From NCBI GenBank assembly GCA_946055075.1, contig CAMGEN010000002.1:1174-65173 (forward strand): a stretch of 64,000 bases of DNA. Direction: 5' to 3'. The notes under the pieces are model-generated. The model saw only the letters and a program-made list of their open reading frames with translations. It did no database searches and had not been told where the DNA came from. This DNA comes from an uncultured Verrucomicrobiota bacterium. Its GTDB lineage: Bacteria > Verrucomicrobiota > Kiritimatiellia > RFP12 > UBA1067. Made by a program: the position numbers and the translations under genes. This document shows positions 7,842 through 17,158 of this stretch, one piece after another (the first letter of the stretch is position 1; each line of letters begins with the position of its first letter).

Positions 7842-9215
7842 TCACCGCACCCGGCGCTTTGAGGCGCCGGGAATACCGAGTTTGACGTCGCGATATTTCG
7901 CGACTGCGCGGCGGGAAAGATAAAAACCCGCCGCGTTCATTTTCTCTGCGAGTTTTTCATCCGCCAGTGGAGCCGTCTTATCCTCTTCGTCAATCAGCCG
8001 CTTAAGCAGCTCCAGTGCCGCTGTCTGCGAAATCACCACGCCGGAAGCCGTCTTCACCGCGGACACGAAGAAGCGCCGCAGCTCGATCGTTCCGAACGGA
8101 GTGTCCGCATATTTGTTGCGCACCGTACGGGAAACCGTTGGAGCGGCAACACCGACCTTGGCGGCGACCTCAGTCTCGGTCAGCGGATTAAGCGCCTTAA
8201 GGCCCCCGGTGAAGAACTGCTGCTGACGGTCGAAGATCGTCTGCGCTATCGCCTCGATCGTCTCTTGGCGCTTCTCGATCATCTCACGGAAGGATCTTGC
8301 GCTGTCAATCCGTCCGCGGATGTATCGTTTCGTCTCCTCGGACTGATTTGGGTCCGCAAGCATTGCCATGAATTTCTTTGAAATCCTAATCTCCGGCAAC
8401 GACCGCTTGTCAGTGATCGCGCACCAATGTCCGTCCGCATCCTTGTAAGCATGCACCTCTGGATGAATATATTCTGGACTGTCGCTCTCGCTCCGGTAGG
8501 CACTGCCGGGATGCGGGTCAAGAGTACGCAACGCCTTAAGTGCCGGCGCGTAACGGACCAGATCGATCTTGCCGGACGGAATATCCTCAAGATGATTGAT
8601 AAGGTAAGATACATCCTTACGAACCGCCGCATCAACGAGATCCAGCTGAGCCAGTAGACACTCCTTCGCCGTCCGCGCGCCGCAACCGAGTGGATCAAAC
8701 TCCATCACCGCCTTAAGCAATGCGACAAGTTCCTGCTCAGAACGTTCATACGCCATACTGACATCAGCCAACGAGCCGGCATAAAATCCATTGGCATTGA
8801 TATCGCAGATGAGCGTCTCGACCAGTCCCCAGTCCGCTCGCGGTATATCTGACAGCGGCAGTTGCGCAAGCAGATGATCCTGTAGCGACTCTTCCTTAAC
8901 CTGCCGGTCGAACATCGCCTGTCTACGCTCCACCGCCTCCTCGTCATATCGACGCACCTGCGGTTCGAAATCATCTTCAGGAAAATCCCGCTCGCCATCG
9001 CCCTCCAATCCGCTACGCTGCGCCTCGATGTCAGACATGGGTGTCTCTAGCGGATGATCGGTATCTTCAATCGCAGGATTAGACTCGATCTCCTTCTGAA
9101 CTTCCGTCCGCAACTCGGGCAACGACATCTGCAGCAATCGCAGACCCTGCAACTGCTGCTGTCCCAGCACCTGCGTCTGCTTCTGGGCAGTCGACAATAC
9201 AAGGCCGTTATCCAT
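7842..9215 (-). CDS. rpoN: RNA polymerase sigma-54 factor
   Basis: Gln/Leu-rich region I (QKQTQVLGQQQLQGLRLLQMS), acidic region II, C-terminal RpoN box (SRRAVAKYR). The start overlaps the ligA stop by 8 nt. Confidence 0.95.
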   Translation of the reverse strand: MDNGLVLSTAQKQTQVLGQQQLQGLRLLQMSLPELRTEVQKEIESNPAIEDTDHPLETPMSDIEAQRSGLEGDGERDFPEDDFEPQVRRYDEEAVERRQAMFDRQVKEESLQDHLLAQLPLSDIPRADWGLVETLICDINANGFYAGSLADVSMAYERSEQELVALLKAVMEFDPLGCGARTAKECLLAQLDLVDAAVRKDVSYLINHLEDIPSGKIDLVRYAPALKALRTLDPHPGSAYRSESDSPEYIHPEVHAYKDADGHWCAITDKRSLPEIRISKKFMAMLADPNQSEETKRYIRGRIDSARSFREMIEKRQETIEAIAQTIFDRQQQFFTGGLKALNPLTETEVAAKVGVAAPTVSRTVRNKYADTPFGTIELRRFFVSAVKTASGVVISQTAALELLKRLIDEEDKTAPLADEKLAEKMNAAGFYLSRRAVAKYRDVKLGIPGASKRRVR

Positions 9216-11220
9216 TCAACAGCTCCTTCAGTCGGGCCTCGTCAATGACCTCGGTGCCGAGTTTCTTCGCCTTCTCCGTCTTCGTCGCGCCGGTATTCTC
9301 ACCTGCGACGAGATACCGAGTCTTCTTCGTCACCGAACTCTGGACGATACCGCCAGCAGCCTCAATCAGCTTCGCATACTCCTCACGCGGACGCGACAAA
9401 GTTCCGGTCAGCACGCAACCAACACCGGCCAAAGGTCCCTCGGACTTCACCTCACGTTTCGGCTCCGTAGGAACTATCCCGAGCTTCGCCAAGCGTTCCA
9501 GCCACGACTCGATCTGCAGTTTCACGTCTTCGGACGGCTCCAGTTCGCCGCTCGCAATCTTCTTTGCCGTAGTGACGCCGACGGAGGGAATACCCATCGC
9601 GAAGATCCAACGCGAAAGCGGCAATGTCCTAGACGCCGCGACCGCCTCGCGGAGATTATCGGCGTTTCTGCCGAACCTGCGTCCCGCCGCCTGCTTCTCC
9701 GCGAACGCGAACAGATCGTCCTCCCCATTCCCCGTTCCCCGTTCCCCATTCCCCGTTCCCTGCTCCTGGGAGACATCCAGGTCCCTGAGGTTATCGTAAT
9801 CAAGCGTAAACAGATCAAGCGGATCTCTGACGACCCCCTTCTCAACAAGGACTTCCGCCAGCCTTCCACCGAGCGCCTTGAGATCAAGCGCATTACGACT
9901 CGCGAAATGCTCAAGCCGACGACAGAGTTGCGCGGGACACGAAGGATTGACACAGCGAATGGCGACTTCACCTTCTTCACGGCGCGTTTCGCCGCCACAA
10001 ACCGGACAACGATCGGGCATCACGAAGATCTTTTCCGATCCGTCACGCTTCTCGACGATAACTGAATCAACCGCGGGAATAACGTCGCCAGCCTTCACCA
10101 GCCATACATGGTCTCCAACTCTCACGTCCTGACGCGCGATCTGATCGGCGTTATGCAGTGTCGCACGAGAAATCACGCTGCCGGCGAGTTCAGTAGGACG
10201 AAGCTCCGCCACGGGAGTGAGAATACCAGTACGACCGACCTGCACCGTAATGGACTCCACCACGGTCTCTGCACGCTCAGGAGCATATTTGAACGCGCGC
10301 GCCCAGCGCGGCCCATGAGCGGTCGCCCCCAGAAGCTCGTAAAACCGCCGCTCGTCAATCTTGATCACCGCGCCATCGATCTCAAAACGGAAGGTATGGC
10401 GCAGCCCCCCGAGTTCATTGATCGCCGTGAGCACCTCGTCGATATCGTGACAGAACCTCGACCACGGCGCGACCGGAAAACCCCACTTGGAGAAAGCCGA
10501 AATCATCTCGCTGTGCGAGGAAAAGCCCTCGCAGCCTACGCCACCTGCATTGTAAATGACGACATCGAGGGGCCGTTCGGCGGTGACCCTGGAATCAAGC
10601 TGCTTCAACGACCCCGCACAGGCGTTCCGGGGATTAGCGAACTCCTCCCTACCCTCGGACGCAAGCTTTTCGTTCAGCAGCACAAATCCGTCTCGGGTCA
10701 TATATGCCTCGCCGCGGACCTCCAGTTCGGCTGGCGCGGACTCAGGGAGCGTCTTCGGAACCGACGCAATCGTCATCACATTCGCGGTAATATCATCGCC
10801 GATGGTTCCGTTTCCACGTGTAGCCGCACGCACAAGTCGGCGACCCGAATACCTGAGCGACAGCGAAATCCCATCTATCTTCGGTTCCACGAGATAGGTA
10901 AAACCGGAAATCGACTTGGTGACGAATTCATCGAAGGTTCTGAGCTCGTCAAAGGAATGCGTCTTATCAAGCGATTGCATCGGCGGATCGTGACGGACCT
11001 TGGCAAAACCCTCGGTGATGTCGCTCGCGACATTACGGACCGGCGAATCTGCGCTGGCGAACTGCGGAAAGTCGTCCTCAAGCGCAAGCAGCTCTTTCTC
11101 CCAAAGATCATAATCGCGATCGCCGACCGTGGGCTGGTGCAATTCGTAGTAATCGCGATTGGCCTTCTCAATCAAAGCCCGCAGTTCCGCGATCCTCGCA
11201 CTGGCTTCTGATTCAGTCAT
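9208..11220 (-). CDS. ligA: NAD-dependent DNA ligase
   Basis: Adenylation motif EPKIDG, Zn-finger Cys4 (CPVCGG...CVNPSCPAQ), C-terminal BRCT (VLTGTL...AGENTGATKTEKA). Confidence 0.95.
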   Translation of the reverse strand: MTESEASARIAELRALIEKANRDYYELHQPTVGDRDYDLWEKELLALEDDFPQFASADSPVRNVASDITEGFAKVRHDPPMQSLDKTHSFDELRTFDEFVTKSISGFTYLVEPKIDGISLSLRYSGRRLVRAATRGNGTIGDDITANVMTIASVPKTLPESAPAELEVRGEAYMTRDGFVLLNEKLASEGREEFANPRNACAGSLKQLDSRVTAERPLDVVIYNAGGVGCEGFSSHSEMISAFSKWGFPVAPWSRFCHDIDEVLTAINELGGLRHTFRFEIDGAVIKIDERRFYELLGATAHGPRWARAFKYAPERAETVVESITVQVGRTGILTPVAELRPTELAGSVISRATLHNADQIARQDVRVGDHVWLVKAGDVIPAVDSVIVEKRDGSEKIFVMPDRCPVCGGETRREEGEVAIRCVNPSCPAQLCRRLEHFASRNALDLKALGGRLAEVLVEKGVVRDPLDLFTLDYDNLRDLDVSQEQGTGNGERGTGNGEDDLFAFAEKQAAGRRFGRNADNLREAVAASRTLPLSRWIFAMGIPSVGVTTAKKIASGELEPSEDVKLQIESWLERLAKLGIVPTEPKREVKSEGPLAGVGCVLTGTLSRPREEYAKLIEAAGGIVQSSVTKKTRYLVAGENTGATKTEKAKKLGTEVIDEARLKELLNG
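9723..9760 (-). repeat. (GGGGAAY) heptamer array, 5-6 units, in-frame in ligA
   Basis: Plus strand ccccattccccgttccccgttccccattccccgttccc. Coding strand GGGAACGGGGAATGGGGAACGGGGAACGGGGAATGGGG, encoding GTGNGERGTGNGE. Confidence 0.95.
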
Positions 11221-11891
11221 TCGTTAGCACCCCTGTATCGAACCTTCTTGGGATTCGCGTTCTGTACTGCGGCGGAACCGCCGCGGGCAGTACGGTCGAC
11301 GACCGCACTTTCGCCGTGCATATCGGTCACCAGTACCGAACGCCGATATCCGCGCATCGCAAGAAACGCCATGAAGGTGCGGACCGGCTTGAGATTGCGC
11401 TGCACAGCAGGAGTGATACCAATATGAATGACCGCATCCCTAGGGATCTGATACTCCTCGAGCAAGTCTGGCACGTCCTGGGGACGAACCGGTTTGCCGT
11501 TGAATCGGAGTTCGTTCTCGTCCAGGACAAGAATTGGGTGATTGACGCCGTACTGCACTTCGCGAACCGTAGTACAGCCAGAGACCAGGAACATGTAGAG
11601 AATCGTACCTACGACAATGGACAACAGAGAATTCTTCCTCCAGAGCTGAAGTCCGACGGTCAAGCCCCCCGCAAGATATGGCCATGCGGTCTTCCATTCG
11701 AGTCCGGAATAGGAATAGATGATGAGACCGGCGATGATCACTGGCGAAATGAAATCCCCGAACTTCAGCACCCAAGACGGAAGCTCACGGTCGCGACCGG
11801 AGAAGAGCAGAAATGGCAGCGCCCGAAGCGTGTAGTTCACCAAGAACCCCACGGTCACGATGCCGAGCATATACAGAATCTCTCTTTCCAT
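11217..11891 (-). CDS. AzlD-like membrane protein with an extra C-terminal soluble domain of about 115 aa
   Basis: N-terminal ~105 aa with 3-4 TM segments, AzlD-like, directly after azlC. GGAGGAGG RBS. The C-terminal pattern (LVLDENELRFNGKPV...VIHIGITPAV...MAFLAMRGYRRSVLVT) resembles the ExbD/TolR periplasmic fold. ATGA overlap with ligA. Confidence 0.55.
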   Translation of the reverse strand: MEREILYMLGIVTVGFLVNYTLRALPFLLFSGRDRELPSWVLKFGDFISPVIIAGLIIYSYSGLEWKTAWPYLAGGLTVGLQLWRKNSLLSIVVGTILYMFLVSGCTTVREVQYGVNHPILVLDENELRFNGKPVRPQDVPDLLEEYQIPRDAVIHIGITPAVQRNLKPVRTFMAFLAMRGYRRSVLVTDMHGESAVVDRTARGGSAAVQNANPKKVRYRGANE

Positions 11892-12550
11892 CACCGCCTC
11901 CTCCTGCAGAAATTACGCAACTGATCGGTCAGGATGACGATGAACAGCGCCGCCATGGAAAACTCCATGCCGTTAGTGTATTTCCGAATCACCTCGGGAT
12001 CGATGATATGACCAAGCACCATCACCATCAGCGCACCGACGGTGAGACCTCCAATCCAATAGGAATGGTTGAGTACCGAAAGCAACGTGCAGTAATACAA
12101 GTTCCTCGCCGGATCCTTCATCTTGCAGGCGTACTCGAGCGCATAGTTCTCGTCCGTCAGCATTAGCACCAGATACGCTTTGTGCAGCAGCGGAACCCTG
12201 CGCCAGCGCTCGAGCATCGAAAAGCCGTAGAAGGCGTATCGGAAGTTAACCGCCAAGGTCATCATCGCGAAGCCCCAGCATGACACATGCTTGGCGATTT
12301 CCGGCACCCCCGCGATGGACATCGTCCCTGTCACCCAGAGCGTGGACGTGAGAAACGCCCAGACTGGCGCGAGCACGAGCCCGGCCTTCGCGCCCAGCAG
12401 CACGCCAGCGACGAAGCCCATGGTCGAATACCCCATCAGCACCGGAACGGAATCAATGAAGGCGCGCTTCCTGATCGCACGCTTCTCGTAGAAAGGGATC
12501 TCCGGCTTCCAGTTCACCTCTACACCGTCCATTCGCGATTTCTGGTTCAC
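11891..12550 (-). CDS. AzlC-family branched-chain amino acid permease subunit
   Basis: Polytopic, ~219 aa, paired with an AzlD-like gene. The GTG start at 12550 is tentative. Confidence 0.6.
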   Translation of the reverse strand: MNQKSRMDGVEVNWKPEIPFYEKRAIRKRAFIDSVPVLMGYSTMGFVAGVLLGAKAGLVLAPVWAFLTSTLWVTGTMSIAGVPEIAKHVSCWGFAMMTLAVNFRYAFYGFSMLERWRRVPLLHKAYLVLMLTDENYALEYACKMKDPARNLYYCTLLSVLNHSYWIGGLTVGALMVMVLGHIIDPEVIRKYTNGMEFSMAALFIVILTDQLRNFCRRRR

Positions 12551-12552
12551 AG

Positions 12553-13335
12553 TTACCGATTTTTCTCCGCGAGCAGTTTCGCCACTCGCTCGGCGTCTTC
12601 GGGTGTATCCACGCCGACCCCCTCGTCATCGGTTCGCACCACAGCGATTCGAGCACCCATGTAAAGAGCACGAAGTTGTTCAAGTTTCTCGGTCTTCTCA
12701 AGCTCGCACTGCGGTTCGGCGATGTAACGCTTGAGGAATCCGCCGCGGTACGCGTAGATCCCAAGATGACGGACATAGAGAGACGTCGGGCACGAGCCGG
12801 AAAGCCGCACAGTCGAGAAGTCCGGAATATGATCGCGATCACAGGGAAGCGGAGCGCGCGAAAAATACAGCGCCGAATCGTCCTTCGCAAGCACCACCTT
12901 CACCACCGTCTTCGCCTCGTAGTCCTTGAATGTCTTGATCGGCGTCACCGCTGTCGCCATCTCGTAAGATCCGGACTTCATCTTCGCGACGAGCGAATCG
13001 ATCAGGGACGGATCAATCAACGGCTCGTCGCCCTGGATATTCACGAGGATGTCGTCATCTTCGAACTCACGTCCGAGGCGGTTTCTAAGCGCACACGCGA
13101 TACGGTCGGTGCCAGACGGCAGTTCACTCGGAGTCATCACTGCAACGCCACCGTATTCACCCACCGCATCTACAATCCGCTTGTCATCGGTGGCGACCAT
13201 CACCTCATCAAGCGACCTCGCCTTCTTAACCGCCTCGACAACCCACGCGACAAGCGGTTTGCCCGCGAGCATCGCGAGCGGCTTGCCAGGGAAACGGCTG
13301 GATCCGAAGCGACTGGGAATAATTCCGTAAATCAT
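12553..13335 (-). CDS. kdsB: 3-deoxy-manno-octulosonate cytidylyltransferase (CMP-Kdo synthetase)
   Basis: MIYGIIPSRFGSSRFPGKPLAMLAGKPLVAWV...NIQGDEPLI, the typical KdsB motifs. Confidence 0.9.
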   Translation of the reverse strand: MIYGIIPSRFGSSRFPGKPLAMLAGKPLVAWVVEAVKKARSLDEVMVATDDKRIVDAVGEYGGVAVMTPSELPSGTDRIACALRNRLGREFEDDDILVNIQGDEPLIDPSLIDSLVAKMKSGSYEMATAVTPIKTFKDYEAKTVVKVVLAKDDSALYFSRAPLPCDRDHIPDFSTVRLSGSCPTSLYVRHLGIYAYRGGFLKRYIAEPQCELEKTEKLEQLRALYMGARIAVVRTDDEGVGVDTPEDAERVAKLLAEKNR

Positions 13336-13347
13336 AATTGTTATCCT

Positions 13348-15468
13348 TTAGCTGTTAGATGTCTGCGACTGCTGGTCGGAAATGGTGTCGGCTATGGAAC
13401 GATTCTCCTCAACAATCGCAACCTTGCGGAAGAACATCTGCCGGAGCAACGGCAAACGCCGTTCCTGACGTTCGAGCGACCACATGATGAAATCCCATTT
13501 TCGCTTGAAGTTATAAGACCTCGGCAATTTCGGATTGAACGCCTCGAACTGATCACGCATCACCGAAAGTTGCCAGGAGAGAGCGTTTGTGCGGAATTCG
13601 AAACCATCCATGAACTGCGCCGCGAGATCTGCCATTGAGACACCGTGCTGACGCTGATATGATTTGAGCGCATGCGCATAGTGGGCAAGGTAGAAATTGC
13701 CCATCCGCTTCAGATTCTCCTCGGTAAACTCAAGATCCCGCCAGCCGAAACTGCCGCGCAACGAACAGGTCCGCACGGTCTTCGGCACGACGCGCTGACG
13801 GACGATGTCGTACTCGAACTCATAGATCTCCTTGCCGACGCCGAAAAGCGGAGACTGGGTCTTCGGATCGAAACGCTTCATCGCCATGTTCTGCGCCGCG
13901 GCATCACCCATAAGGCGGGCGAGTGCAAGCACTACCGACCGCTCCTCTACAGATGCATCATCAGCGTTGCAGAAGTAATTCTCCGGAATCGACTCAATCG
14001 GCTCGCCTTCGCACCGATCGCGGATATAGAAGTCGACCGCACGGCGCCCCTTAAGCACCCGACGGCGAAGCAGGATATAGTTAGGAGCCAGTGAAATTCC
14101 GAGCGACCGCATCGCCCCGATACGGGAAAGGAGATAACTGCCGTATTCCTTCTTGGCCGAGGAAAGCCGCTTCTCGATCAATGAATTCTCCAAGGGTCTG
14201 CGGTTGGTACGATAGACGATCTCCCGGGTCTTGCTTCGGCCTACCGGCGTCGTGTCGTCCTCACGGATCTCATAGACGTTCGCGTATACGACGATCTCGT
14301 CCTTGGACATAAGCCCACGCAGATTCGACAGAAGAATTTCACTACGCTCATCGACACCTGGATGATAAACTGGACGGCCGAGTATGTAAGTCGCGCCAGG
14401 AAGCGCAGTGCGCCGATCGTCGAATGCTGGCGTGGACCCCTCGCCCATCACCGAATAGATCTCGCCAGTGATGTGCATGTAAAGCTTCTCGATAAACGCT
14501 TTCGAAGATTCGTCCGCCAACTCCGCCTGTGACAACAACGACTCGTACAACCCGATGATTTCACGAACCCGACGCAGAATGCCATCCTGATCCGCCTTGT
14601 GCAGGACAATCGCCTCCATCAGCTTCTCGATCTCGGGAATCACGCGCTCGATGCCGACACCGCGCCGGAGCCCGAACAGCTCGATTTCATGATGCCCGCG
14701 ATACTTCGGCATTCGCGCAAAAGAATAACGCTGACCCTCGTAAACAGAGACAAGCTCCTTCACGCACTTCTGGAATTCTTCCGGATTAGTCTCCGCCAAT
14801 TCACCGATGCGCTTGAATTCGCCGAAGGTGAGGAAATGGACACCACGCGAAGAATGGTAATAATTGGCCTTCGTGGCGATGCGACGTCTGGAGGCGGAAA
14901 GCGCAACCTTCATTTCCGCCTCGGTCCACGCAAGCGGCTTGACACGCCATTCCTGCCCAAGTTCACGATAATGCTGAAGCGTCACCTCGTTACGATCGCC
15001 CATGACGATATCGTTGAGCGCGAATCCGCACGAGCCAAGCAGCCATTCGTCCGCAGCATACAGCTTCTTGGACGGAACATCACGCTGCGACGTCTCGATC
15101 GTCGAGCCGACAATGTTCGCACAGAGGATCGAACCCATCAGCACTTCACCGCGCTTCGCCGAAGGCAGAGAAGACAGTTTCCAGAACCGCCCGTCCAACA
15201 GCGGAAACGCCGCGACGGAATGATTGCCAGTGGTAATCGTCAGCACCCACCCTTTAGCCCTGCGCTTCAGTTCGTGCTTAGGCACGATCAATACGCTCGG
15301 TCGCTCGTCGAGATGACCTCGAATCCCATCTTCGAAGACGAACGTATCGTCACCGATATCCCAGGCCGAGAACAGCCGCTCCCGCCCCATCGCAACGGTC
15401 TTCACCTCGGTCGGACGCTTCACACCCGATTTCCGGACTCTCGCGAGGAACTGACGAATGGAGTTCAT
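13348..15468 (-). CDS. Uncharacterized 706-aa soluble protein
   Basis: Long ORF with coding-like composition, tightly packed between murU-amgK and kdsB. I recognise no canonical motif apart from GD-x4-N ... FGV-x-K-x-I-x-F-x-Y-D near the C-terminus. Confidence 0.7.
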   Translation of the reverse strand: MNSIRQFLARVRKSGVKRPTEVKTVAMGRERLFSAWDIGDDTFVFEDGIRGHLDERPSVLIVPKHELKRRAKGWVLTITTGNHSVAAFPLLDGRFWKLSSLPSAKRGEVLMGSILCANIVGSTIETSQRDVPSKKLYAADEWLLGSCGFALNDIVMGDRNEVTLQHYRELGQEWRVKPLAWTEAEMKVALSASRRRIATKANYYHSSRGVHFLTFGEFKRIGELAETNPEEFQKCVKELVSVYEGQRYSFARMPKYRGHHEIELFGLRRGVGIERVIPEIEKLMEAIVLHKADQDGILRRVREIIGLYESLLSQAELADESSKAFIEKLYMHITGEIYSVMGEGSTPAFDDRRTALPGATYILGRPVYHPGVDERSEILLSNLRGLMSKDEIVVYANVYEIREDDTTPVGRSKTREIVYRTNRRPLENSLIEKRLSSAKKEYGSYLLSRIGAMRSLGISLAPNYILLRRRVLKGRRAVDFYIRDRCEGEPIESIPENYFCNADDASVEERSVVLALARLMGDAAAQNMAMKRFDPKTQSPLFGVGKEIYEFEYDIVRQRVVPKTVRTCSLRGSFGWRDLEFTEENLKRMGNFYLAHYAHALKSYQRQHGVSMADLAAQFMDGFEFRTNALSWQLSVMRDQFEAFNPKLPRSYNFKRKWDFIMWSLERQERRLPLLRQMFFRKVAIVEENRSIADTISDQQSQTSNS

Positions 15469-15490
15469 GAAGAAATCTATCCTTAACCCT

Positions 15491-17158
15491 TCAACGCGAA
15501 TTCTTCATTTCTCTTCCAAGCAAATCTTCAGCAAGCGCTCCAACGGCATCAAGCCCAGCCTCGTCAGCGGCAACCAGCAGATTACGCAAGGCCGGAACGA
15601 CATGCCGCTTAAACTGTGGCTGCCCAACCGACGCCAAACGCCCGTACGCGCCGAGACACTGACAAAGTCGCTGAACTGCCGCAAACGGAACGACCTTCAC
15701 GAACTCCTCTCGCTTCGCGGTCTTTGCATAAAGCGCAATCAGCGCGGCACGATCCTTCTCCGAGAAATCGACATAGGGATCGTAGACAAGCGATGCAAGA
15801 TCGTATGCCGCGGGACCCAGACGCATCCCCTGAAAATCGATGAAGCAGAGCTCACCGTTCTTCCAGAGGACGTTCGTGGACTGAAAATCCCTATGAACGA
15901 GAGCCTTTGGCTCAGCCTCAAGCATCTCAGCTACACCCTCGAGTTCCTTGCGGACCGCATCCGGCATCTCCATCCCGAAATACGCCTTGAGGCAATACTT
16001 CTCGAACAGCATCCGCTCCCACTCCCACGTCTCGTCATCAAATGGCGGCAACAGATCCGGAAGACACTTCTCCGATCCGAGTGAATTGAACTTCACCAGC
16101 GTCTCGACCACCTTCGCATAATCGACGAGCGACATCTTCTTCTCAACGCCGGCGAACTCCATCGCCAGAGTCTTGATTTCCGGACGGTCGAAGAGGATCT
16201 CCGGCACCGGAATCCCGTGGGCCTTGAGCCAACGCGAGTGCCCCGCATACTTGCCGTTCTCATCACGGTTGCCGTCATCATACATGACAATGATCTTCCC
16301 GCCCTCGCGGAAGAACACACGCTCGGAACCTCGGGCCCCGAGGAACTCAATAGCAGCCGCGGAATCTTGCGCAGACACAGCGCCCTGGCCGCCGGAGAGA
16401 GAAACAAGAACCTCCCTGACCTGGGGAATCGCATCAAAGGCGTTGTCCGCGCCGTCACGGTTGAGGTCGATGTAGCTCATGATCGTACCAGCATCAGCCC
16501 AGTTCATCGAAGATGGAGCCAACGCCCTCACGAACTTCCCGTCCGCCATCGCCCGCTCGTACGCGGTGATGATCGAAGAGAATCCTTCTGGTTCTACATA
16601 ATCTAGGATCTCGGGCTTGAGAAGCGAGATGCCGGCGTAGGTGAAAGTACCCGGATAACCACGATCATCACTCTTCCAGTTAGTGACAAATCCGCTTTCG
16701 GGCTCAACCTCGATAGTGCGCGGCCCCTGTTCGGTGACGATCGCCTCGGCGATGACGTCTTTACGCTCGGCAAAATCGTCGAAGCGGAATTGGAAACCGT
16801 CAATACCGTCCACCACGATATCTCCATTCACCAACAGAAATGGCTCGTTACCGATCCACTCGCGAAGAGGATTCAAAGCGCCGCCGTTACCGAGGATCTC
16901 CGGCTCGTAACTGACCTTGACCCGAACCTTCTCTCCACGCTCCTGGAACCTCTTGCGCAATTTGTCGGACCAAGAACGGATCTGCTCGTGAAGATGATGA
17001 GAATTGAATGCAAAATCATCAACACCCCATCCGCGAAGCAGATCCACCATGCGATCAAGCATCGTCACGCCCCAGACCGGCATCAGCGGTTTGGGCGTAG
17101 CGCAAGTGAACGGCCGCAGCCGCGTCCCGTGCCCCGCCGCTAAAACAATCGCCTTCAT
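15491..17158 (-). CDS. Fusion protein: N-terminal sugar-1-phosphate nucleotidyltransferase (MurU-like) + C-terminal APH-type kinase (AmgK-like)
   Basis: N-terminus MKAIVLAAGHGTRLRPFTCATPKPLMPV (NTP-transferase G-x-G-T-R). C-terminus HRDFQSTNVLWKNGELCFIDFQGMRLGPAAYDLASL (APH/choline-kinase catalytic and DFQ motifs). Confidence 0.75.
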   Translation of the reverse strand: MKAIVLAAGHGTRLRPFTCATPKPLMPVWGVTMLDRMVDLLRGWGVDDFAFNSHHLHEQIRSWSDKLRKRFQERGEKVRVKVSYEPEILGNGGALNPLREWIGNEPFLLVNGDIVVDGIDGFQFRFDDFAERKDVIAEAIVTEQGPRTIEVEPESGFVTNWKSDDRGYPGTFTYAGISLLKPEILDYVEPEGFSSIITAYERAMADGKFVRALAPSSMNWADAGTIMSYIDLNRDGADNAFDAIPQVREVLVSLSGGQGAVSAQDSAAAIEFLGARGSERVFFREGGKIIVMYDDGNRDENGKYAGHSRWLKAHGIPVPEILFDRPEIKTLAMEFAGVEKKMSLVDYAKVVETLVKFNSLGSEKCLPDLLPPFDDETWEWERMLFEKYCLKAYFGMEMPDAVRKELEGVAEMLEAEPKALVHRDFQSTNVLWKNGELCFIDFQGMRLGPAAYDLASLVYDPYVDFSEKDRAALIALYAKTAKREEFVKVVPFAAVQRLCQCLGAYGRLASVGQPQFKRHVVPALRNLLVAADEAGLDAVGALAEDLLGREMKNSR

